Of a DNA stretch of 64,000 nucleotides, positions 37,051 through 45,436 are shown in pieces. A program made the position numbers and the translations under genes. Where the stretch lies: positions 14,966-78,965 of the forward strand of contig JAWOFO010000043.1 of assembly GCA_046497465.1 (NCBI GenBank). The letters run 5' to 3'. The DNA comes from Desulfobia sp. (lineage in GTDB: Bacteria > Desulfobacterota > Desulfobulbia > Desulfobulbales > SURF-16). Position 1 is the stretch's first letter. Every line of letters starts with the position of its first letter. The notes under the pieces were generated by a model. That model was not told the DNA's origin, did not search any database, and saw nothing but the letters and a program-made list of their open reading frames with translations.

Positions 37051-37425
37051 TCAGTTACGATTAAAGAGATTATCCCCGTTTTTTATACGATTATTACTGT
37101 CAAGAGTTACAAGTTTTGGCTCATATACCTTTAAAGCCTCCCTAGAATAAAGACCGAAACTCACTATAATAATCAAGTCCCCGACAAGTCCTTTCCTGGC
37201 TGCTGCTCCGTTTAAGCCTATAACACCGGAACCCGCCGGTCCCTCAATGGCGTAGGTATCAAACCGGGCGCCATTGTTAATATTGTAAACCTTGACATGT
37301 TCATAAGGATAGAGATCAACTGCTGCCAGCAAATCGCTGTCAATAGTAATACTTCCTTCATACATCAGTTCAGAATGGGTGATCGTGGCTTGATGTATTT
37401 TGGATTTAAGCATTTTGCGCATCAT
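37051..37425 (-). CDS. panD: aspartate 1-decarboxylase
   Basis: 124 aa with MLKSKIHQATIT and the self-processing YEGSITID site. Confidence 0.92.
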   Translation of the reverse strand: MMRKMLKSKIHQATITHSELMYEGSITIDSDLLAAVDLYPYEHVKVYNINNGARFDTYAIEGPAGSGVIGLNGAAARKGLVGDLIIIVSFGLYSREALKVYEPKLVTLDSNNRIKNGDNLFNRN

Positions 37426-37463
37426 GAATCTGTTTAACTCCGACTTTCATTTTCCACTGCCCG

Positions 37464-38309
37464 CTACCTGAGCAGTAACCTGTTATCAATCAATCTGACC
37501 CCGTCAACTTTCACAGCAAGGGCCATAAGTGAATTATCATCTATTGTCCGGGATTTCTCCAGATTATCCTTGTCAACGATATCAGCATACTCCACCTCCA
37601 CCCCGCCATACTCATCCAACCTCTTTCTAACCACATCTTCAAGCCCCCGAGCTTCTGTCACTCCTGCCCTGGCCTGTTGTGCCGCAAATTCCAAAGCATT
37701 AAAAAGGCCAAGGGCCTTCCTTCGTCCCTGTTCATCAAGATAACTGTTCCGCGAGCTGAGAGCCAATCCACTGCTTTCCCTGACTATCGGATGCCCGACT
37801 ATTTCAATATCCCAGTTAAGATCTGTAACCATCCTTCTTATTACTGCCAACTGTTGAAAATCCTTTTCTCCAAAAACAGCAACCTGCGGTTTTACCAGAT
37901 TAAACAGCTTGGCCACTACTGTGGTTACCCCGTCAAAATGGCCGGGACGACGTGCACCGCACAAGGGATCAGTAAGAGAGGCGACCTTGACTTCGGTCTG
38001 AAACCCCGGAGGATAAAGTTCATCCTGATCGGGGATAAAAAGGACCTTAACCCCCGTCTCCCGGGCCAAACGGATGTCTCTTTTATGATCCCGGGGATAG
38101 TTGGCAAAATCTTCCCCGGGACCGAATTGTCTGGGATTAACAAACAGGGATACAACCAGATTGTCTGCAAGCTTGCCGCCTTGCCGCATCAGGGCCAGAT
38201 GGCCTTCATGGAAGAACCCCATAGTGGGTACCAGGCAGATAATTTCCTTATTATTCAGCCGGCTGTTAGACCACTCAACCATGGCGCGGCAGGACTCTAT
38301 AATCTTCAT
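37464..38309 (-). CDS. panC: pantoate-beta-alanine ligase
   Basis: 281 aa with PTMGFFHEGHLALM and FGEKDFQQ. Confidence 0.92.
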   Translation of the reverse strand: MKIIESCRAMVEWSNSRLNNKEIICLVPTMGFFHEGHLALMRQGGKLADNLVVSLFVNPRQFGPGEDFANYPRDHKRDIRLARETGVKVLFIPDQDELYPPGFQTEVKVASLTDPLCGARRPGHFDGVTTVVAKLFNLVKPQVAVFGEKDFQQLAVIRRMVTDLNWDIEIVGHPIVRESSGLALSSRNSYLDEQGRRKALGLFNALEFAAQQARAGVTEARGLEDVVRKRLDEYGGVEVEYADIVDKDNLEKSRTIDDNSLMALAVKVDGVRLIDNRLLLR

Positions 38310-38378
38310 AGTCCTAAAAGGATCTGAATAAAACGCCCGGAACTCAGAAAAACTTATACCTTACACCTTAAGCCTTTT

Positions 38379-39053
38379 TTAAATGGTGGACAGTTTGTAA
38401 TCGATAAACTGTTTTTCAGAAGATGAGACTCCTTCCCCGGATTTGGCTTTTTTGTAGTTTTCCCGGGCTACGGCCATCCGGCCGAGGGCTTCCTGGTTGC
38501 GGGCTAGACCAAAACAGGCAATAGAAACAAAACCCGGTTTATCCTGCAGGATTTTGTAATGATCAATGGCCTTATTGTACTGCCTGGAGGATTCGCATGC
38601 TAAAGCGAGCCCGTATTCCAGAAGAGGATAAAGAGGAGTGTTATCACCTTCTTCACTGATTACAGCTCTATATTGCTTTATAGCCTCATCGTAATTATTA
38701 TCAGCCATTTGTTGCCGGGCTATAATCACCCTGCTCCATACTGCTGCTCCTGTTGATGGGTATTTCTGTCTCAGTTTATCCATCAACTGCTGACCGGCCG
38801 AGGAATTTCTTTGATTCACGGCCTTAAACAGCATTGCGCTTGCCTGCTCTTTCTGTTTGGTGGTATAATAATCATAAAAACTCCAGGCTGCCACCAAAAC
38901 TATAACAATAAACAGACCAGCCTTTATATAATTGCTGTTTTTCTCCAAAAATGATCTTACCCTGGAAGGTAGATTCAGTTCATCCAGAAATCTTCTCTGA
39001 GAAGGAGTTACTTCTTCTATATGTCGTTTATTAAAAGGATTCTGCTCGGTCAT
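38379..39053 (-). CDS. membrane-anchored TPR-repeat protein (YfgM-like)
   Basis: 224 aa with one TM (GLFIVIVLVAAW) and TPR-like helical repeats. Confidence 0.55.
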   Translation of the reverse strand: MTEQNPFNKRHIEEVTPSQRRFLDELNLPSRVRSFLEKNSNYIKAGLFIVIVLVAAWSFYDYYTTKQKEQASAMLFKAVNQRNSSAGQQLMDKLRQKYPSTGAAVWSRVIIARQQMADNNYDEAIKQYRAVISEEGDNTPLYPLLEYGLALACESSRQYNKAIDHYKILQDKPGFVSIACFGLARNQEALGRMAVARENYKKAKSGEGVSSSEKQFIDYKLSTI

Positions 39054-39366
39054 TATTGGTATCCTTGATCGTGATTAAACAGGGAACCGGCCGGATTCAA
39101 TCTTATTTACCCGGCGTTTATCTCCTCAAAACCGTTTCTCTCGCAAAGAGACCCGGTAAAGACAAACTCTTCCTGAAAAACAAGCTGCTATCTTAACCGT
39201 ACCGATACTCATCCAACTGTCCCCCGATTTATGGCAGAAGATTGGAAAAATCAAACCTTGAAACTTGAAGGAAACATTTGCGAAGGCCTTAAGATAAGGC
39301 TAATATACATGGATAATTTCAAAAAATCAACTTTGTTGGTTTCTGCCTTTTGATTAATGTGCCCAA

Positions 39367-40770
39367 ATGATTTTAACAGATTACAGCACAAAAATACAAA
39401 GTGTCACCGAGCTGAGCCGTTCCATTCGCGGTCTTCTGGAAACAGAATTTCCTTTTGTTTCTGTCAGAGGTGAAATTTCCAACCTGAAAAAACCATATTC
39501 CGGTCATATCTACTGCACCCTTAAAGACCAGGGCGCCCAGATAAGAACCGTGCTTTTCAAATCCCAGCAGCGCTGGCTCTCCTTTACCCCGGAAGAAGGG
39601 ATAGGGGTGATCTGCAGGGGACGTCTATCAGTATATGAACCCAGAGGTGAATACCAAATTATTGTAGATACTCTGGAAAAAGAAGGGGCCGGCCAACTAC
39701 AGATCGCCTTTGAAGAACTGAAAAAAAAACTGGAGGCCGAGGGCCTCTTTTCTGCAACCCGTAAAAAAGAACTTCCGTTTTTTCCTGAAAAAATATCACT
39801 GATCACCTCACCCCATGGTGCAGCACTGTATGATTTTCTGCGACTTGCCCGGCAGCGTTTTCCGGGAGCGTCCATCGACATATTTCCAGTCAAAGTCCAG
39901 GGCGATGGCGCAGCCCGGGAAATAATAACAGCCCTTGAACTCTTAAACAAAAGAGCAGTAAACAACAAGGATGCCGCAGACCAGGTTATCGTTCTCTGCC
40001 GGGGCGGAGGGTCCATTGAAGATTTATGGACTTTTAATGAAGAAAAACTGGCCCGGGCAATTACCGCTTCTGCCATACCTGTAATCTCTGCTGTTGGACA
40101 TGAAATTGACTTCACCATTGCCGACTTTGCAGCTGATCACAGGTCCGCCACCCCGACAGCCGCAGCCCGGGAAATTCTGCCTAACAGATCAGTCTTAAAA
40201 CAGGACCTGCTGAAACTAAAAAAAAGATCGACTACTGCCGTCATCCGGAAAATTGAGACCCTTAGACAGCATCTGCTTTTTCAGCGCAGACGGCTTGGCG
40301 ACCCTCTTTCCCTGCTCAGCCATTTTAGCCTCCGGCTTGACAATCTCCACTCAAAACTGAATACAGGAATCAAAACTTTTATAAACTACAAGAGGTACCG
40401 CTATCACGGGGTACTCTCCAGATTTAAGGGACAAAAACCAGACGTTCAGATCGCCCGCCAAAAAATGGAACTCAGAGCAAAGACAGAAAGGCTGACCATC
40501 TTTATGCAGCGACAACTCGAAAACAAAATAAACCGACTAGCCTGTACAGCCTCCCGACTGGAGTCGGTAAGCCCTCTTGCTGTTCTGGAAAGAGGGTATG
40601 CAATAGTCCGCAAACTCCCCGGCCGTGAAGTTATTAATGACAGCAGACAAATAAAAAAAGGAGACAGAATTGAGATCAAGCTGCATAAAGGACTAATTAA
40701 AGGCAGATTAACCGGAATAACTAAGTATAATGAAAATCAGGGCACAGATACTAAGGAGCAACTGAAATGA
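39367..40770 (+). CDS. xseA: exodeoxyribonuclease VII large subunit
   Basis: 467 aa with an OB-fold N-terminus (VSVRGEISNLKKPYSGHIYCTLKD), RGGGSIEDLW and a coiled-coil tail. Confidence 0.9.
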   Translation: MILTDYSTKIQSVTELSRSIRGLLETEFPFVSVRGEISNLKKPYSGHIYCTLKDQGAQIRTVLFKSQQRWLSFTPEEGIGVICRGRLSVYEPRGEYQIIVDTLEKEGAGQLQIAFEELKKKLEAEGLFSATRKKELPFFPEKISLITSPHGAALYDFLRLARQRFPGASIDIFPVKVQGDGAAREIITALELLNKRAVNNKDAADQVIVLCRGGGSIEDLWTFNEEKLARAITASAIPVISAVGHEIDFTIADFAADHRSATPTAAAREILPNRSVLKQDLLKLKKRSTTAVIRKIETLRQHLLFQRRRLGDPLSLLSHFSLRLDNLHSKLNTGIKTFINYKRYRYHGVLSRFKGQKPDVQIARQKMELRAKTERLTIFMQRQLENKINRLACTASRLESVSPLAVLERGYAIVRKLPGREVINDSRQIKKGDRIEIKLHKGLIKGRLTGITKYNENQGTDTKEQLK

Positions 40771-41435
40771 TAGACCTGCACAGCCATTGCATACTGAGTG
40801 ACGGAGCCTTAATACCCGCCGAACATCTGCGGAGAGTGGAAAACATGGGTTATGAGGCAATAGCCATCACCGACCATGGCGACTCAGCCAATCTTGACCA
40901 TATCATTCCTCGGTTGATCAAGGCGGCTGAAGAGCTTAATCCTTTCTGCTCAACCCTGCTACTGCCCGGCATCGAACTCACCCACATCCCTCCTGCCCTG
41001 ATCGGCACACTTACTGACCGGGCAAGAAAGCTGGGGGCGCTTCTGGTGGTTGTTCACGGGGAAACCATAGTAGAACCGGTCAAAAAAGGTACAAACCGGG
41101 CCGCGCTTGAGGCAGGCGTTGATATTCTCGCCCATCCCGGTTTCATAACTAAAGAAGAGGCGTCCCTGGCCGCGGAAAAAGGGATTTTCTTGGAAATCTC
41201 CGGACGAAAGGGGCACTCCCTGACCAACGGTCATGTAGCAAAAGTGGCTGAAAATACAGGGGCAAAATTGGCGGTCAACAGTGATGCCCACAGCCCCGAG
41301 GATTTCCTGAGCCGGGAGATGGCCAGGAAGATCGCCCTAGGGGCCGGGCTCTCCGAGAACCATTATAAGAAGATCAAAAAAGATATGCAAAACCTGGTGG
41401 AAAAAATTAGGATTCAAAAGTCTCTAAATTTATAA
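40767..41435 (+). CDS. PHP-domain phosphoesterase (histidinol-phosphatase-like)
   Basis: 222 aa with MIDLHSHCILSDG and AITDHGD. Its start overlaps the xseA stop. Confidence 0.7.
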   Translation: MIDLHSHCILSDGALIPAEHLRRVENMGYEAIAITDHGDSANLDHIIPRLIKAAEELNPFCSTLLLPGIELTHIPPALIGTLTDRARKLGALLVVVHGETIVEPVKKGTNRAALEAGVDILAHPGFITKEEASLAAEKGIFLEISGRKGHSLTNGHVAKVAENTGAKLAVNSDAHSPEDFLSREMARKIALGAGLSENHYKKIKKDMQNLVEKIRIQKSLNL

Positions 41436-41462
41436 TCCTGCAAGCTCTCAATAACTCGAGGC

Positions 41463-42059
41463 TTATCCAATTTTTATAGCTTTTCCCACTTTCTGATCAA
41501 TAACTTCCGCCAAGTGATCAGCGCTGTAATCATTATCCTGGCGCAGAACAATACTGGCTTTGCCGAAGCCCATTCTCAATTTCTTGCTTTGAACCAGTTC
41601 CAGGGCCTTATTAACCCTGTCCTGCACCTCCTGCTTATCCAGTCCTTCGGCGTAGCCCAGAGGCCCCAGTTCCTTGATCCTGGCCGTAAATTCCGTTATC
41701 AACTTCACAAACCTGGGTGCCTCAGCGGCAGAGGCCCATTGAAGATTATACCTGTCCCGGTTTATTCCTACTTCACCAAGTATCTTGTGAATCAGGGTAT
41801 TTACTCCCATGGCATCGTAATTACCTAACTGGTAATGACATTCGCCTAACTGTCAGCCCCCGGTAAAGATGCCTGCCGCACCTTGGGCAAATCCCTGGAG
41901 AATAAAGGAAGGGTCAACGCGGCCGGTACACATCACCCTTATAGTCCGGAGATTGGGAGGATACTGGTAACGGGCCACACCGGCGGCATCGGCCGCGGCA
42001 TAACAGCACCAATTACAGAGAAATCCCAGTATCCTGGGATTATAATTTTCCTGACTCAT
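41463..42059 (-). CDS. mvhD: MvhD-like (methyl-viologen-reducing hydrogenase delta subunit family) selenoprotein; TGA at 41853-41855 read as Sec
   Basis: Track ORFs 41853-42059 and 41463-41810 are in the same frame. Read-through gives ...GAAGIFTGG-U-QLGECHYQLGNYDAMGVN..., matching the MvhD GGCHxGDCHY motif with U at the first Cys. Confidence 0.8.
41820..41836 (-). promoter_or_regulatory. candidate SECIS hairpin for mvhD
   Basis: On the mRNA, AUUACC-AGUUA-GGUAAU starts 16 nt after the UGA and has GU in the loop. Confidence 0.45.
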
Positions 42060-42087
42060 ATAATAACACCTGTATAAAAAAATTTAA

Positions 42088-42234
42088 CTCAACTTTCCGG
42101 CTTAAGAGAACTGTTATGATTTCAGACGGTCGGTACAGCCGTTCCTGAATAAACATACCAACCGTCAAGTATCCCTGCCTCACTAAAAAATTTGTACGTT
42201 ATATCATACAAATAAATCAATCCGGAAAGTTGAA
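42088..42234 (-). mobile_element. family-A repeat, intact short copy (147 bp) inside the hdrA-mvhD intergenic spacer
   Basis: CTCAACTTTCCGGCTTAAGAGAACTGTTATGATTTCAGACGGTCGGTACAGCCGTTCCTGAATAAACATACCAACCGTC...AATCCGGAAAGTTGAA fills most of the 178-nt gap between the two genes. Confidence 0.85.
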
Positions 42235-42237
42235 GGT

Positions 42238-45200
42238 TTAAAATTCAGGAGATAAGGCCTTAATCTGGGCCTGAATCTGTTCGCCGGTAAATCCTCCCAT
42301 GGAGATGGCAAAACTCGGGCAACGGGAAGCACAGATACCACAACCCTTACAGGAGGCAACAATAGTCTCGGCTTTGGGCTTCTTGCCCTCCTTGATCATC
42401 TGAATGGCATTATAGGGACATAATTTTGCACAGATAGAACAGCCGATACACTTCTCTTTATCAATAACAGCGACAACAGGGGGTACTGCGACCTTTCCCT
42501 TGTAAAGGGGAATAGCAGCCTTACCGGCAGCAGCCTGGGCCTGGGCAATAATCTCATCCACGGGTTTGGGTGAATGAGCCAGACCACAGACATAAACACC
42601 ATCCACCGACATTTCTACAGGACGGAGTTTGACATGGGCCTCCATATAAAACTGGTTTTCATTAATCGAGAGCTTGAGTTTTTTGCCCAACTCCCGGGTT
42701 TCTTCCGGCACTATCCCCACACTGAGTACTATAATCTCCGGATTGAAAGTAACATCTTCGCCAAGGATGGGATCAAGCCAGGTGACATCGATAGAGTTAC
42801 CCTTCTTAGCCACAACCGGCCGTTGCCCTGGTTCATAGGGAATGAAAACAACTCCCTTTTCCCTGGCTTTCTTATAGGCATCCTCAGCATAACCATAGGT
42901 CCGCATATCGCGGTAAAGCACCATCACCTGGGAATCAGGATTTATCTCTTTGATCTTCAAGGCATTTTTTACAGCGTTACCACAGCATACCTTGCTGCAG
43001 TAAGTAAGATCCTCTCCCCTTGATCCGGCACACTGAATCATGACCACTGAATCGGGGGCCCTTTTCCTGGCTTTGCCCGCCAGCCTGATTTCCAGCTCTT
43101 TCTGAGTGATTACCTTTTTGGTCTTGCCCAGCATGTAGAGATCAGGCCGGTATTCTCTGCCTCCGGTAGCCAGAATAATTACCCCGTGTTCAATGGTACG
43201 CTCCGTTTCTTTTTTACCGGCAGCAGTTTTGATAACCGAGGAGAAATTGCCTATAAAACCGGAAACCTCCTGCAATTTACTGGAAGTTAAGACCTCAATA
43301 TTTCTGTTCTTCTTCACCCGGTCTATAATTTCCCTGATAACAGGGCCCGTACTTTCCCCTGCCAGGGTCCACTTCATCTCGGCAAGGTGCCCCCCCAGGG
43401 AACTGTTTTTTTCCACCAGGGTACATTTAAAACCTTGGTCGGCAAGGCTCTCGGCACTGGTCAGACCGGCAATCCCGCCACCGATTATCAGGGCTCCCGG
43501 GTGGACCGGAACAGTCTGTTCTTCCAGGGAAGTGATATGACGGGCTTTGGCCACAGCCATTCGGACCAGGTCCTTGGATTTATCAGTTGCCTTTTCCGGC
43601 TCATTGGCATGAACCCAGGAACATTGGTCCCGGATATTGACCATCTCAAAAAGACACCGGTTAAGACCAGCATCCCTGAGGGTCTCCTGGAAAAGCGGTT
43701 CATGGGTACGCGGAGAACAGGCCGCCATAACCACCCTGTTCAGGTTATGCTCTTTTATCTTTTCCTTGAGCATTTCCTGAGCATCCTGCGAACAGCTGTA
43801 TATACTGGTTGTACAGTAGACCACCTTATCCATACCCCGGGCGTATTCGGCAACCTGGTCAACATCTACCGTCTTGGCGATGTTGATCCCGCAGTTACAG
43901 ACAAAAACCCCGATACGCGGTTCTTCTTCCTCTAAAACCTCCTGTTCTTCAGGATATGTCCTGGTCACATAGTCTGTCCCCCGGACCTCTTTCAGCAGAG
44001 AAGAGACAGCACCGGCAGTACCGCTGGCTTGGGTAACCGATTCCGGAATATCCATGGGCCCCTTAAAGGCTCCGGCAACATATACCCCTTCCCTGGAGGT
44101 ATTTAAAGGGGTAAAGTCATTGGTTCGGCAAAATTCGTATTTATTGAGTTCAATATCAGCCAGCCTGGCCAGATCCCTGGCTCCGGCCGGAGAATCAAGC
44201 CCTACTGAAAGTACCACCATATCAAATGATTCAAAATGATGGGACCTGTTCATGGTTGAATAAGTCAGTTTCAATCTGTTCTTCCAGGGCATTACTTCGG
44301 CAACCCTGGCCCGGGTAAACTTTATCCCGAACTCTTGCTCGGCCCGGATACGGGCGGCATCAAAGTCTTTACCTTGGGTCCGCATATCTATATAAAAAAT
44401 GGTTATTTCACAATCCGGATCATGCTCTTTAGCTACCATAGCCTCCTTGATGGCATACATGCAGCAGACTGATGAACAGTAGCCATTATCACACCCCAGA
44501 TCGCGGGAACCAACGCACTGAATAAAGGCAATCTTCCGGGGATGCCGTTTATCTGAAAAACAACTGAACTCGCCTTCCGCCGGACCTGAAGGATTAAGAA
44601 GACGTTCAAACTCAAGGCTGGTGAGGATATCGGGATGCTTACCGTAAGCAAATTTTTCCAGCGCCTCATCAGGCACTCGACCAAAACCCGGGGACAGAAC
44701 TACAGCCCCGACTTTAAGCTCTTTCTCTTCAGGAGTTTGAGTAAAATCAATGGCATGACTGCGACATACCGGTACACATATCTGACAGGTTCCATGTTTG
44801 AGATACAGGCAGGCCTCAGGATCTATATAATAAGTGGCAGGTACGGCCTGGGGATAATCAATATGAATGGGTCTAGTTATGGCCAGCCCTTCATTATAGT
44901 CATCATATGAATGCCGAGGGCAATAAGTTGTACACAGACCACAGGCCGTACATTTATCCGGATCAATATAACGGGGGCGCTGATTCAGCCTTGCGGTAAA
45001 ATCGCCGGCCTCTCCGGTAAGAGAAAGGAGATCAGTGTTGGTCAAGATTTCAATATTAGGAGACCGACCGGCCTCTACCAGCTTTGGCGCCAGTATTCAG
45101 AGAGAACAGTCATTGGTCGGAAATGTCTTGTCAAGCTGAGCCATCACTCCACCAATGGACGGCGCTTTTTCTACCAGATAGACATAATAACCCAGCTCGG

Positions 45201-45285
45201 TCAAATCAAGGGCGGTCTGGACACCGGCGATGCCGCCGCCGACAACCATAACAGAGCCCGAATTATTTTTATCTGTACTTGCCAT
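42238..45285 (-). CDS. hdrA: large HdrA-like flavoprotein (two tandem HdrA modules) selenoprotein; TGA at 45097-45099 read as Sec
   Basis: ORFs 45097-45285 and 42238-45045 are in one frame. Read-through gives [33 protein letters not shown]. There are two Rossmann motifs ([24 protein letters not shown]), two QC(V/A)GSR...YCS.VCC signatures, and several 4Fe-4S motifs. Confidence 0.85.
45060..45075 (-). promoter_or_regulatory. candidate SECIS hairpin for hdrA
   Basis: On the mRNA, GAGGCC-GGUC-GGUCUC (one G.U pair) starts 21 nt after the UGA. The GGUC loop matches the apical loop recalled for the E. coli fdhF SECIS. Confidence 0.4.
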
Positions 45286-45436
45286 GATAACTCCAATTAT
45301 GAATTACGAATCAAATAATATATAACCTTTCACCAAGGTTATTATTTTATAAAAAATCTGTCCAGTAGCCTTTCATCACCTGGATAACTCCCTACACCAT
45401 ATACCCCGCATTTTATACCTCAAAACCTGTATACCC

